A DNA stretch of 64,000 nt. Origin: an uncultured bacterium. Lineage in GTDB: Bacteria > Edwardsbacteria > AC1 > EtOH8. A program made the position numbers and the translations under genes. The notes under the pieces were generated by a model. It was not told where the DNA came from, made no database searches, and saw nothing but the letters and a program-made list of their open reading frames with translations. The stretch's first letter is position 1. Each line of letters opens with the position of its first letter. Location of the stretch: contig CAWAAX010000025.1 of NCBI GenBank assembly GCA_963780225.1, positions 13,620 through 77,619 of the forward strand, given 5' to 3'. This document shows, piece by piece, positions 50,503 through 60,997 of the stretch.

Positions 50503-51801
50503 ATGATCAATGACAAGATAAACAATTTGTCTCCCAATTCTAAAAGGCTGGCCGGTAATTTTTTGTCCCTGTCCGTTCTCCAGGGGATGAATTATTTGTT
50601 CCCGATCATTACCGCCCCCTATCTGATCAGGGTCTTGGGGATCCAGAAATACGGACTGTGGGCCACGGCCTCAGTGCTATTGACTTATTTCCAGATGCTC
50701 ACCGACTACGGCTTTAACCTTTCGGCCACCAAGGAGATCTCGGTCAACCGCCATGACCTGAAAAAGGTTTCGGAGGTCTTCAGCTCGGTGATGACCATCA
50801 AGGCCGGACTGTTTCTGGTTAGCATCATCATGATGCTGGTTTTGACCTACAGCGTCCCCCTGTTTAAGGCGGACCACGTATTCTACCTGGTAACCTTTTC
50901 CGGCCTGCTGGGCCACGTTCTCTTTCCCATCTGGTATTTCCAGGGCGTTGAGAGGATGAAGTACATCACCTACCTCAACCTGGCCTCCAGGACGGCGGTG
51001 TTCATACTGCTATTCATCGTCATCCGGCAAGAGGGAGATTACGTTAAGTTCGCGGCCCTCAACTCCGCCGCCCTGATCCTGACGGGGTTTTTGAGCCTTT
51101 GGATTGTTTTGAATGACTTCGGGGTCAGGTACGTTTTACCAAAAGCCTATAGGCTGAAGCAGAGCATAGGCGAGGGCTGGCATATTTTCCTATCCACCTT
51201 CAGCGTCAATGTCTATATGAACACCAACGTCCTGATACTTAAACTTTTCACCAACGACGCGACGGTGGGATATTATTACGTGGCCGACCGTTGCGTCACG
51301 GCCTTAAGAAGCCTGGCCAGCGTCATCTTCCAGGCCAGCTATCCCCATGTTTGTGCCCTGGCCCAGGAATCGAAGGAACGGTTCCAAATATTCTTTCAGC
51401 GGACCGGCCTGCCCATCTTTGGGTTGTTCTTCGCTACCGGGCTGATGCTGTCCCTTTTAGCCGGGCCGGTGGTCTACTTCTTCACCGGGAGGTACGTGGC
51501 CGAGTCCATCACGGCCTTAAGGATTTTAAGCTTCGTGCCGCTGATTGTGGCCTTGAACATACCGGCCTACCAGACACTGCTGGTCTACGGCCTGAAGAAA
51601 AGCTACAGCGCGGTCCTGATCTCGGGCTCGGTGCTCAACATCGGCCTTAACCTACTGCTGGTCCCGAAATATTACGGCACCGGCACGGCCCTGGCGGTGC
51701 TCTTCACCGAGATCTACATCACCCTGGGTCTGTACCTGATGATAGAGCTGAAGCACAAGAAACACTCACTGTTGAGAACAGACAATGACTGCCATGAATG
51801 A
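50503..51801 (+). CDS. wzx: Wzx flippase
   Basis: NYLFPIITAPYLIRVLG, DYGFNLSAT, WYFQGVERM, VGYY; multi-TM. Confidence 0.92.
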   Translation: MINDKINNLSPNSKRLAGNFLSLSVLQGMNYLFPIITAPYLIRVLGIQKYGLWATASVLLTYFQMLTDYGFNLSATKEISVNRHDLKKVSEVFSSVMTIKAGLFLVSIIMMLVLTYSVPLFKADHVFYLVTFSGLLGHVLFPIWYFQGVERMKYITYLNLASRTAVFILLFIVIRQEGDYVKFAALNSAALILTGFLSLWIVLNDFGVRYVLPKAYRLKQSIGEGWHIFLSTFSVNVYMNTNVLILKLFTNDATVGYYYVADRCVTALRSLASVIFQASYPHVCALAQESKERFQIFFQRTGLPIFGLFFATGLMLSLLAGPVVYFFTGRYVAESITALRILSFVPLIVALNIPAYQTLLVYGLKKSYSAVLISGSVLNIGLNLLLVPKYYGTGTALAVLFTEIYITLGLYLMIELKHKKHSLLRTDNDCHE

Positions 51802-52495
51802 CCGGACGGAAAACCTATACGGCGGCAAAGACCAGTCCTATTACACCCATGCCCGGACCGACATCATGGCCCTGGTGAAGGGAACAGGGCTTAAGGTGCT
51901 GGACATCGGCTGCGGCATGGGGGCCACCCTGATAGAGCTGAAGAGATCAGGGAAGGCCGCGGTGGCGGTAGGGGTAGAGATCAACCCGGAGGCGGCCAAG
52001 GAGACCAGGAAGCTTTTGGACGAGCTGATCGTGGGGAATATCGAGGGTTTGGAACTAAAATATCCCGAGGGCTATTTCGACCTGATTATCCTTTCGGATG
52101 TGCTGGAGCACTTAGTGGATCCCTGGGGAATTTTAAGGAAGCTAAAAAAATATCTGGCCCCCGAAGGGATGGTGATAGCCAGCCTCCCCAACTTCAGGGA
52201 ATTCGGAACTTTGAGCCAGCTGATTTTCAAGGGGGACTTCAAGTACGCCGAGGCCGGGATACTGGACCGGACCCACCTGAGATTTTTCTGCCGTAAGAAC
52301 ATGGCGGAGCTTTTCCAGGACGGCTTTGAGATCATCGAGATCAAAACCGTCCCGGAGCTTTTAAGGGGCGAGGTGGCCCTTTTCAACCGGCTGACATTCA
52401 GGATATTCGAGGAATTCCTGGTCCTCCAGTACATCATCGCGGCCCGGAACAAGATCATGCCCGATCAAACTCCCGGAGAGGGCAAGAATGGCTGA
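51785..52495 (+). CDS. Class I SAM-dependent methyltransferase (glycan-associated)
   Basis: VLDIGCGMG, DVLEHLVDPW, GILDRTHLRFF. Confidence 0.92.
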   Translation: MTAMNDRTENLYGGKDQSYYTHARTDIMALVKGTGLKVLDIGCGMGATLIELKRSGKAAVAVGVEINPEAAKETRKLLDELIVGNIEGLELKYPEGYFDLIILSDVLEHLVDPWGILRKLKKYLAPEGMVIASLPNFREFGTLSQLIFKGDFKYAEAGILDRTHLRFFCRKNMAELFQDGFEIIEIKTVPELLRGEVALFNRLTFRIFEEFLVLQYIIAARNKIMPDQTPGEGKNG

Positions 52496-53363
52496 CCGGC
52501 CGCTGATCTACATCATCGTCCTGAACTACAACGGATGCAAGGACACCCTGGAATGCCTGGAGAGCCTGGGAAGGGTTTCCTACGATAACTTCCGGGTGAC
52601 GGTGGTGGACAACTGCTCGACCGACGGCTCGGAAGCCCTGATCAGAGCCGGGCATCCGGAACACGACTTTATCCAGACCGGAAAGAACCTGGGGTATGCC
52701 GGGGGCAACAATCTCGGGATCAGACGGGCCCTGGAACAAAAGGCAGATTATGTTTGTATCCTGAACAACGACACCACCGTGGAGCCGGGTTTTCTGGAGC
52801 CGCTGGTGGCCCAGATGGAGCTCGATCCCGCCACCGGCATCGCCGGTCCCAAGGTCTGCGATTATTACGACCGGAACACAATCCAGGCCACCGGCTCCCG
52901 GGCCAATCTGTTCCTGGGAAAATTTTACCAGCTCAACGGGGGAAAAAACAGGGACGATGTCCAGGGCGTTTTTGAGGTTGATTATGTGGCCGGGGCCTGT
53001 CTGCTGATCAGGAGCGATTTGATAAAAAAGATCGGGCTGATACCCGAAGAGTATTTTCTGTTCTTTGAGGAGACCGAGTGGTGCCTGAAGGCCAGGCGGG
53101 CCGGGCAGAAGGTGGTCTGCGTCTGCGAGAGCCTGATCTACCACAAGGGGTCCAAGTCGACCGAGAAGGTCGGCGGCATCCAGGAATATTACATGACCCG
53201 GAACCAGATCATCTTCGAGAAGAGGAACGCCGGCCGGCTTCAGTGGGCGGTATTCTACCTGCACCGGATGTACCGGATGGCTTTAAGCCTGGCCAAGGGC
53301 TGGGTTAAAGGCTGGATGAGCCGGGACATGCTGAAGGGTTTCAAAGACGGCATCAAATATTAA
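52488..53363 (+). CDS. Glycosyltransferase family 2
   Basis: IIVLNYN, VVDNCS, NLGYAGGNN, LNND, FFEETEW. Confidence 0.93.
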   Translation: MADRPLIYIIVLNYNGCKDTLECLESLGRVSYDNFRVTVVDNCSTDGSEALIRAGHPEHDFIQTGKNLGYAGGNNLGIRRALEQKADYVCILNNDTTVEPGFLEPLVAQMELDPATGIAGPKVCDYYDRNTIQATGSRANLFLGKFYQLNGGKNRDDVQGVFEVDYVAGACLLIRSDLIKKIGLIPEEYFLFFEETEWCLKARRAGQKVVCVCESLIYHKGSKSTEKVGGIQEYYMTRNQIIFEKRNAGRLQWAVFYLHRMYRMALSLAKGWVKGWMSRDMLKGFKDGIKY

Positions 53364-53371
53364 GGAGAGCT

Positions 53372-54229
53372 ATGGGCAGCCACAGCCCGGGCCTGGTCAG
53401 CATCATAATCCCGACCTACAATTCCGGGGACTACGTCTGCCAGGCCGTGGATTCCTGCCTCTCCCAGACCTACCGGCCGATAGAGATCATCGTGGTGGAC
53501 GACGGCTCCACCGACGGCACCAGGCAAAGGCTAAAAGGTTACGCCGACCGGGGGGAGATAATATACACATACCAGGAGAATGGGGAGCGCTCCCGGGCCC
53601 GGAACCAGGGGTTGAACCAAGCCCGGGGCGAGTTCATCCAGTTCCTGGACGACGACGACCTGCTGGAGAAGGAAAAGATCGAGAAACAGGCGGCTTTCCT
53701 GAAAATGCATCCTGATTATTTCGGGGTCTACTGCGCCGCCTCCCATTTCGGGGAGGTGGAAGAAAAATTCCGGAGATATCCCCGGCCCCATACCGGGACG
53801 ATCACCAGGGAAATCATCCGGGGCAATTTCATTCTGATCAACACCATGCTGACCCGGAGGCCGGATGTCCGGTTCGACCAAAGCTTCCGCACCTTGGAGG
53901 ACTGGGATTACTGGTTTCAAGTAAGCCTGGGGGGAAGGAAGTTCGGATACATTGACGAAAAATTGTGCCGGGTCCGGAGGCACGCCCAAAACACCTCCAA
54001 GAACGGGCTGGCCATGCTCCATGGTGAGCTGGCGGTACTGGACAAGATGGAGGCCGCGGGAGTTTTTTTAAGCGAAGTCAGATATTACCGCTTCGAGCGG
54101 ATGTATCTTTTGGGAATGAAAGACTGCTGGCGGACACTGGGGGCGGCGGTAGCCATGGATGGGAAAAAGATCTTCGCCGGCCTGATGTTCCTGGCGAAGA
54201 CCGTGGTTAGGAAATTAATCAATAGATGA
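53372..54229 (+). CDS. Glycosyltransferase family 2
   Basis: VSIIIPTYN, VVDDGSTD, FLDDDD, EDWDYW. Confidence 0.93.
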   Translation: MGSHSPGLVSIIIPTYNSGDYVCQAVDSCLSQTYRPIEIIVVDDGSTDGTRQRLKGYADRGEIIYTYQENGERSRARNQGLNQARGEFIQFLDDDDLLEKEKIEKQAAFLKMHPDYFGVYCAASHFGEVEEKFRRYPRPHTGTITREIIRGNFILINTMLTRRPDVRFDQSFRTLEDWDYWFQVSLGGRKFGYIDEKLCRVRRHAQNTSKNGLAMLHGELAVLDKMEAAGVFLSEVRYYRFERMYLLGMKDCWRTLGAAVAMDGKKIFAGLMFLAKTVVRKLINR

Positions 54230-54241
54230 ATTGACGGAGAG

Positions 54242-55129
54242 ATGGACATTGGCGACGACAAAGGGCAAGGGATGAATATTACTGCAGTAGTGGTCCTGTA
54301 CCATCTCCGGCCGGACCAGTCGCCCACCATCGCCACCCTGGTTCGCTCCTTTGAGCGCATCAGGGGAAGCGGGCCGGGCCTGAATCTGATCGTCTTTGAC
54401 AACAGCCCAAAACCACAACAGGTGGACATCCCGCTGCCGTTCGAACACTGGTATGTCCATGATGCCGCCAACGGCGGCCTGGCGGCGGCCTATAACTACG
54501 CTCTGGGGTCGGATCCCGCCAGCACCAGTCAATGGCTGCTGCTGCTGGACCAGGACTCAACGCTCCCCGATAATTTCCTGGAACAAGTTTTCCAGGCCCT
54601 GAACCTGATCGGGAGGGATGACGGCGTGGCGGCGGTGGTCCCAAAAATCTTCCAGGGCGGCCGGCCGATATCGCCGGCCTTGGTAGAGTGGGGCCGGGTC
54701 AGGCCCGTCAAAAACATAGAGGCCGGGATCGGCCAAACCGGCCTGACTGCCATTAACTCCGGCGCCTTGGTGAGGACAATCTTTTTGAAGGGGATCGGCG
54801 GCTTCAACCAGCAGTTCAAGCTGGACTACCTGGACCACTGGCTGTTTTCGGAGATCAAGAGAAGGGGAAAGAAGGTCTATGTTACCGGAGCCGTGGCCGG
54901 CCACGACCTTTCGATTGGGAACCAAAGCCCGGTGCCCCCCGGGCGCTTCCGGTCCATCCGTGCGGCCGAGACCCTCTTTTACCGGGAGTATGCCGGCGGC
55001 TGGAATTTCACCTGCCATGTTTTAAACCTGGTTTTGAGGTCCTTCAGGTATTTACTTAAAGGCCGGTGGAATTATTCCCTGATGACCGCCAGGCATTTTT
55101 TAAGAATTTTGGCCAACCAAAAGACCTAA
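54242..55129 (+). CDS. Glycosyltransferase family 2 (rhamnosyltransferase-like); start may be 54272
   Basis: VVVLY, FDNS, GLAAAYN, LLDQDS, INSG, LDYLDH. Confidence 0.88.
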   Translation: MDIGDDKGQGMNITAVVVLYHLRPDQSPTIATLVRSFERIRGSGPGLNLIVFDNSPKPQQVDIPLPFEHWYVHDAANGGLAAAYNYALGSDPASTSQWLLLLDQDSTLPDNFLEQVFQALNLIGRDDGVAAVVPKIFQGGRPISPALVEWGRVRPVKNIEAGIGQTGLTAINSGALVRTIFLKGIGGFNQQFKLDYLDHWLFSEIKRRGKKVYVTGAVAGHDLSIGNQSPVPPGRFRSIRAAETLFYREYAGGWNFTCHVLNLVLRSFRYLLKGRWNYSLMTARHFLRILANQKT

Positions 55130-56368
55130 ATGAAATCTCTGATGACAAAAGCAGTCACCGTCTGCCTCTGGCTCTACTGTGGCATCGCCTTCTTTGACCC
55201 TTCGGATATGGCCCTGGGGGCCAAGCTTCCGCTGTTCGCCCTGGTCCTGGTTCTCTTCCTGCTGGTCCGGCTCAATGACCGGAAGAAAGCCCTGCCCCCG
55301 GACCTGCTGGTGAGGGTCGCACTGATCTCCCTGGTGATCCCCGGTTTTTACCTGATGTTGTTCCTGGCCCGCCATCCCGGGCAGGAGATGACAGGCGGAC
55401 TGTCCTTGGCCAAGGGGCTTTTGGCCCTGCTGCTGGTGCTGCCGGTGGTGGCCCTTAAAATTGACCTGAAGAAACCGGCGCTGTTCTTCAGCGGACTGAT
55501 GATCCTCTCCATCATCGGCTTGCAGGCCGGCTCCATCATGGACCCGCGGCTCTTCCAAAAAATATCCGTTTTCCTGACCGGACATTACATGGCCCTGATC
55601 GGCTCCCGCAGTTTTGGGGAAATTGACCTGGCCATGATATTTTTCGTCACCACCCCGCTGCTGGTGATCCCGGTGCCATTCCTGACCGGGGCGGCCTTCG
55701 GCCCCAAGCAAGGGCCGGTGCGGAGGGCCTTAAGCCTGGTCTTTCTACTGCTGATACTTTTGGCCTCGTTCTTCTCGGCTTCGCGGGCGGTCTTCTTCGT
55801 CCTGCTGGCCGAATACCTGGCCTGCTACCTGATCGCCATCAGGCGGAGGGCCTGGCTTCTCCTGGGGGGACTGGCCATGTCGGCCGCTTTCTTCCTGCTG
55901 GGGCTTTTGGCCCTGCAGCGAACAGCGATGCTGTCGGCGGAGGAACAATCGAACACGGTCAAGATAGCCCATTATGAATCTTTTCTGGAATTCATCGGTG
56001 AGAACCCCATGGTCCTTTTGACCGGGGACGGCCTGGGGGCCGCCTACCACACCCGCGCTCCGGGGATCAATCAGGAGGTCTATCAGACCGAGCTGACCTA
56101 TCTAGACACCATAAGATATTTTGGATTGGCCGGTGGCCTGTGTTTTTTATTGCTGCTGGCAGTTCCGTTTTCCTCCACGGCTCCCGATTGGTTGAACCTG
56201 ACTGGTTTTCTGGCGTATCTTTTAGTGGCCGGGAGCAATCCGCTGCTGTTCAATTCCACCGGAATGCTGGCGGTCACCTATTTTTGGTCCCGGCAGCTTT
56301 CCTCCGCTGGGGGTGAGGTCAGAATGCCGGACCGGGCTTTGGCGGCCGCCAGGGGTGCCGCTTTATGA
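55130..56368 (+). CDS. wzy: Putative Wzy polymerase
   Basis: ~10 TM helices with a loop (GDGLGA..TELTY..GSNPLL); position among glycosyltransferases. Confidence 0.65.
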   Translation: MKSLMTKAVTVCLWLYCGIAFFDPSDMALGAKLPLFALVLVLFLLVRLNDRKKALPPDLLVRVALISLVIPGFYLMLFLARHPGQEMTGGLSLAKGLLALLLVLPVVALKIDLKKPALFFSGLMILSIIGLQAGSIMDPRLFQKISVFLTGHYMALIGSRSFGEIDLAMIFFVTTPLLVIPVPFLTGAAFGPKQGPVRRALSLVFLLLILLASFFSASRAVFFVLLAEYLACYLIAIRRRAWLLLGGLAMSAAFFLLGLLALQRTAMLSAEEQSNTVKIAHYESFLEFIGENPMVLLTGDGLGAAYHTRAPGINQEVYQTELTYLDTIRYFGLAGGLCFLLLLAVPFSSTAPDWLNLTGFLAYLLVAGSNPLLFNSTGMLAVTYFWSRQLSSAGGEVRMPDRALAAARGAAL

Positions 56369-57375
56369 ATGAAATTCAGGCTGAGCCGCAAATAAGCGTC
56401 ATCATCGTCAACTGGAACGGGCAGGCCCTGCTGGATGAATGCCTGGGGTCCTTAAAGACTCAGACCTTTAAGGATTTTGAGACCATCCTGGTGGACAACG
56501 GCTCCAGGGACGGCTCGGCCGAATGGGTAAAGAAACACCATCCCGGGGTGAGGTTGTTGGAACTTAAATCCAACCTTGGCTTCAGCGCCGGGAACAACGC
56601 GGGGCTGGCCCTGGCCCGGGGGAAATTCATCGCCCTGCTCAACAATGACACCAAGGCCGACCCCGGCTGGCTGGAGGCACTGCACCATTGCCTTGAAAGC
56701 GACGACCGCATCGCCGCCTGTGATTCAAGGATACTTTACTACGACCGGCCGGACCTGGTCTGGAGTTCTGGGGGAAGCTACACCATCTCGGGATCAGTCT
56801 TCTCCCGCTTTAACCGGGAGCCGGAGGAAAAGGCCAGCCGGAATGAGGCCGATGTTTTCATCGCAGTGGCCTGCGCCGCCCTGTACCGGAAAGAAGTCAT
56901 CGACCAGATCGGCTTCTTTGACGAAGAATTTTTCAACGGCTACGAGGACGTGGACTGGTCCTTCCGGGCCCATTTGGCGGGCTACAGGATAGTGAACCAG
57001 CCGAAGGCGGTGGTCTGTCACAAGGTCTCGTCCACTCAAGTCCACAACAGTCCGGAGTTCGTCTATCACGGTCAGCGTAACGTCAGCGCCGTATTCTTTA
57101 AGAACATGCCGGGCTGGCTGCTTTTCAAATACTGGCCGCTTCACCTGGCCTACGGGCTGGGGAGCCTGGTGTATTTCGCCAGGGCGGGAAGGCTCAATGC
57201 CTTCCTTAAGGCCAAGCGGGATTTTCTGAAGATGTTCCCCGGCACCTGGAGAAAAAGAAAAGTGATCCAGGCCCGCAGGAAATTGAATTCCGCCGAAGTG
57301 GAGTTGCTGCTGGGAAAAAGGTGGCTGGGGGTCAAGGCCAGAAAATTTTCAAACCGGGACCAAACGGCAGGCTAG
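56365..57375 (+). CDS. Glycosyltransferase family 2
   Basis: VIIVNWNG, VDNGS, NLGFSAGNN, LLNND, YEDVDW. Confidence 0.93.
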   Translation: MNEIQAEPQISVIIVNWNGQALLDECLGSLKTQTFKDFETILVDNGSRDGSAEWVKKHHPGVRLLELKSNLGFSAGNNAGLALARGKFIALLNNDTKADPGWLEALHHCLESDDRIAACDSRILYYDRPDLVWSSGGSYTISGSVFSRFNREPEEKASRNEADVFIAVACAALYRKEVIDQIGFFDEEFFNGYEDVDWSFRAHLAGYRIVNQPKAVVCHKVSSTQVHNSPEFVYHGQRNVSAVFFKNMPGWLLFKYWPLHLAYGLGSLVYFARAGRLNAFLKAKRDFLKMFPGTWRKRKVIQARRKLNSAEVELLLGKRWLGVKARKFSNRDQTAG

Positions 57376-57397
57376 AAATTATTATTATTTGATTTTG

Positions 57398-58633
57398 ATG
57401 ACACCAATCAAAGCAGTTATCATCTGCCAGTACTATCCGCCGGAGCAGGCCCCCATCGGGGTGATGCTTAAGGAACTGGCCGAAGACCTGGCCAAGGACG
57501 GACACCGGGTGACGGTTATCACCGGCTTTCCCAATCACCCTTTAGGAAAGATTTTTCCGGGATACAACCGGAAGCTTTTCAGCAACTCGGTGGAGGGCGG
57601 GGTCAAGGTGACCCGGTGCTGGCTGCATGTCTCACCAAAAAAGACGGTCTTTAACCGGCTGCTTAATTTCATCAGTTTCGGGATCAGCTCCTTTTGGGCG
57701 GTGCTGTTCTTTGAAAAGCCGGATCTGATTTTGGCGGTCTCGCCGCCCCTGTCCAACGGCATCACCGCCATGCTGCTTAAAGGCATAAAGAACTGCCGCT
57801 ACATCTTCAACGTTCAGGACATCTATCCCGACGCCGCGGTCAACGCCGGGGTGGTCAGGGATTCCCGGCTGATAAGCATCTTCCAGAAACTGGAGCTGTC
57901 CATTTACCGCCAGGCCCGCAAGGTGACGGTGATCTCCGAAGGCTTTAAGGAAAACCTGGCCCTAAAAGGGGTACCCTCCGGGAAGATAGATATCATCTAC
58001 AACTGGATAGACGCCTCCGAGATCGCTCCCCAGCCCAGGGAAAATGATTTTTCCCTGAAGCAGGGGCTCAAGGACAAATTTGTGGTGCTGTACTCGGGGA
58101 CCATCGGGGTGGTGTCGGGGGCCGAGATAATGCTGGAGTGCGCCCAGAGCCTTAAAGATCATCCCGGCATCATTTTTCTGATGGTGGGGGAGGGCGTGGT
58201 CAAGGACCGGATAAAGGCCGAAGCCCAGTACCGGGGATTGGACAACATCCGGATGCTGCCCTTTCAGCCCCGGGAGATATTGTCCCAGGTGCTTTCCTCG
58301 GCCGACCTGACCGTGCTTACCCTGCAAAAGAACCGGGGCAAAAGCTCGGTGCCCAGCAAGGTGCTGGGGTACATGGCGGCCGCCAGGCCGGTGGCGGCCA
58401 GCCTGGATGCCGACAGCGACACCGCCAGGTTCATAAACCTTGCCGGGTGCGGCATCTGCGTCCCGGCCGGGGACGCCAAGGGACTGACCGGGACCATTCT
58501 GTCCCTTTATAACGACCCGGCCCACAGGCATAGGCTGGGCCAAAACGGAAGGGAATTTCTGCTGAAATACTGCGACCGGAAAACGGCCACGCACAGGTAC
58601 CAGCAACTTATTGAAGAATGCATCAAACGGTAG
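57398..58633 (+). CDS. Glycosyltransferase family 4, WbuB-like
   Basis: QYYPPE, TGFPNHP, SPPL, QDIYPD, YSGTIG, VPSK..YMAA. Confidence 0.92.
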   Translation: MTPIKAVIICQYYPPEQAPIGVMLKELAEDLAKDGHRVTVITGFPNHPLGKIFPGYNRKLFSNSVEGGVKVTRCWLHVSPKKTVFNRLLNFISFGISSFWAVLFFEKPDLILAVSPPLSNGITAMLLKGIKNCRYIFNVQDIYPDAAVNAGVVRDSRLISIFQKLELSIYRQARKVTVISEGFKENLALKGVPSGKIDIIYNWIDASEIAPQPRENDFSLKQGLKDKFVVLYSGTIGVVSGAEIMLECAQSLKDHPGIIFLMVGEGVVKDRIKAEAQYRGLDNIRMLPFQPREILSQVLSSADLTVLTLQKNRGKSSVPSKVLGYMAAARPVAASLDADSDTARFINLAGCGICVPAGDAKGLTGTILSLYNDPAHRHRLGQNGREFLLKYCDRKTATHRYQQLIEECIKR

Positions 58634-58636
58634 AAT

Positions 58637-59230
58637 ATGATACGAAAAATGGCATTGACCGACGTAGCCCCGGTGGTACAGACCCATCTGCTGAGTTTTC
58701 CGGAATTTTTCCTGAGCATTTTGGGTCCCAAATTTTTATCACTGTATTACTCGGCGGTGTGTTCGGACCAAAGCGGCATTGCCCTGGTGTCCATAGGCCA
58801 GGATGGAGCCGTCAAAGGTTTTGTAGCCGGGACCGCCAATCCCCGGGGCTTTTACACCCGGCTGCTGAAAAAACAGTGGCTTAAATTTGCGGCCGCCTCG
58901 GTGATGGCCGTGCTGAAAACCCCGGCCATCATCCCGCGGATGCTGAGAGCCCTGAGCTTTCCCAAAGAAAACCCGGCCGGACAGGATGTGGCCGGACTTT
59001 ACTCCATAGGAATATCGCCCGGCGGCCAGCAGCAGGGAACGGGATGTCAGCTGATGACGGAATTCATCAACGAAGCCCGGCGGAGAGGATGCCGGCAGGT
59101 ATTCTTGACCACCGACCGGGACGGCAATGACGGGGTCAACCGGTTCTACCAAAAGAACGGGTTCACCATAAAACGACAATTTATAACACCTCAGGGGCGG
59201 CGGATGAACGAGTACGGGATAGACCTTTGA
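58637..59230 (+). CDS. GNAT N-acetyltransferase
   Basis: SIGISPGGQQQGTG..L, N..VNRFYQKNGF. Confidence 0.88.
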   Translation: MIRKMALTDVAPVVQTHLLSFPEFFLSILGPKFLSLYYSAVCSDQSGIALVSIGQDGAVKGFVAGTANPRGFYTRLLKKQWLKFAAASVMAVLKTPAIIPRMLRALSFPKENPAGQDVAGLYSIGISPGGQQQGTGCQLMTEFINEARRRGCRQVFLTTDRDGNDGVNRFYQKNGFTIKRQFITPQGRRMNEYGIDL

Positions 59231-60459
59231 TGGACAAAATAAAAATGACAAATTTTCTGGATCAGGCAATCCAGCTTGCCTTGGTGGGGTTTGTGGCCTC
59301 GCTGCCGGTGTCTATAGCCTTCACCCAAAGCGCTTTGTTTGCCGGCTGGCTGGCCTGGCTTTTGAAATGTGCCGTGGACAGGGAGTGGAACGGGTTTAAA
59401 AGCCCGCTGGACCTTGGTTTTGGGCTGTTTCTGGTTTCGGCGTTGCTTTCCACAACCTTTTCCCTTTCCCCCTGGGAGAGCTTCATCAGCTTAAAAAAAT
59501 TCTATCTGCTGACGGCGGTTTATTTTGTGGGGTTCAATATTAAGAGCACGGATAGACTGTTGGAGTTGATAAAACTATTTCTGATGATGACCGCCCTGAC
59601 CGGGGTCTACGGCCTGGTGATGTTTGTCTTTGGGTATCAGCCCCGGCTTTTGGCCGCCCAGGGAATGGCCATGACCTCCGGGGGGATATTCATGATGGCC
59701 GGGCTGTTGTCCCTGGCCTGGCACCGGTATCAGCCGCAATTTCCCGGCAAATGGGGGCAGGCCCAATCACTGGCGGTTTCGGCTCTGCTGGGCGGCTGTT
59801 TGTTGCTTACCCGGACGGTCAGTTCCTGGTTCGGTTTTGTGATGGGTTTTCCGGTCCTTATCCGGTCGTGGTGGAAGAGGACGGTGTTGCTGGTGCTTAC
59901 CGGGCTGCTTTTGGCCGGGGTTTATTACAGCGCCAACAATTACCAGCTGTCATTCAAACTGTATTCCGGCAACAAGGCCACCTCCTGGAGCATGAGGCTG
60001 GGCTTCTGGCGGATGGGATGGCAGATGATAAAGGAACGGCCGGTGCTGGGAACGGGATTAATAGACTTGGGCCAGATACTGAAAGGAATGCGGACCGCCG
60101 AGGACGAAAAGCTCTGGCTGGGCGTTCCCATGGGGGGACACCTGCACAACAATTTCATCCAGATCGCCGCCACCCGGGGTTTTACCGGCCTGGCCGCCTT
60201 TTTGTTCATGTGGTACTCCGTTTTTGCCATGGCAGTAAAACTGATGAGGTCCAGTTCCCGGCTGACCGCAATATTTGCCGGGGGGATACTGGCCGCCCTG
60301 ATCGGCTTTCAGATCAACGGGCTGGCCGAATGGAATTTCAGCGACTCGGAGGTGGTGACCATCGTCTGGTTCCTGGCGGGGCTGTTGCTGGCCCTTTACC
60401 GCCTTGATGGACAAAAGACGGTCAAGGTTTTAAAGGAGGCCCATGAAGCGGTGCTTTGA
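59230..60459 (+). CDS. O-antigen ligase family (Wzy_C) protein
   Basis: R..FWRMGWQMIKERPVLGTG, HLHNNFIQIAATRGFTGL; multi-TM. Confidence 0.88.
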   Translation: MDKIKMTNFLDQAIQLALVGFVASLPVSIAFTQSALFAGWLAWLLKCAVDREWNGFKSPLDLGFGLFLVSALLSTTFSLSPWESFISLKKFYLLTAVYFVGFNIKSTDRLLELIKLFLMMTALTGVYGLVMFVFGYQPRLLAAQGMAMTSGGIFMMAGLLSLAWHRYQPQFPGKWGQAQSLAVSALLGGCLLLTRTVSSWFGFVMGFPVLIRSWWKRTVLLVLTGLLLAGVYYSANNYQLSFKLYSGNKATSWSMRLGFWRMGWQMIKERPVLGTGLIDLGQILKGMRTAEDEKLWLGVPMGGHLHNNFIQIAATRGFTGLAAFLFMWYSVFAMAVKLMRSSSRLTAIFAGGILAALIGFQINGLAEWNFSDSEVVTIVWFLAGLLLALYRLDGQKTVKVLKEAHEAVL

Positions 60460-60997
60460 CATCATCGCGGCCTCGACGGCTTTGCTGCTGGCCTTGCCGC
60501 TGCTGTTACTGGTGGCCTTGGCCATCGCCTTGGAATCCCGGGGCGGGGTGTTCTTTCTGCAGGACAGGATCGGCCAGGGCGGAAAACCCTTCAAAATATT
60601 CAAGTTCCGGACCATGGTCCCCAACGCCGAAAACAAGGGGCCGCTGCTGGCGGTCCGGAACGATCCCCGGGTGACCGGGGCGGGGAAATTTTTGCGCCGC
60701 TGGAGCCTGGACGAAATTCCCCAACTGCTGAACATCCTCAAAGGCGAGATGAGCCTGGTGGGGCCCCGGCCGGAGATCCCGCCCCTGGTGGCGGACTACA
60801 GCCCCTGGCAGCGCCGGGTGCTTTCGGTAAAACCCGGGCTGACCGGATTTCCCCAGGTGATGGGGCGCGACGATCTGGCCCTGGAGACAAAATTAAGGCT
60901 GGATAATTATTACACCGGTCACAGCAGCTTTTGTTTTGACCTGTGGATAATCTGGAGAACGGCAGTGACAGTAATAACCGGGAAAGGAGCCTTTTGA
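60443..60997 (+). CDS. Initiating phosphoglycosyl (sugar) transferase
   Basis: KRCFDI, FKFRTM, DPRVT..GKFLRRWSLDEIPQL, MSLVGPRP. Confidence 0.95.
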   Translation: MKRCFDIIAASTALLLALPLLLLVALAIALESRGGVFFLQDRIGQGGKPFKIFKFRTMVPNAENKGPLLAVRNDPRVTGAGKFLRRWSLDEIPQLLNILKGEMSLVGPRPEIPPLVADYSPWQRRVLSVKPGLTGFPQVMGRDDLALETKLRLDNYYTGHSSFCFDLWIIWRTAVTVITGKGAF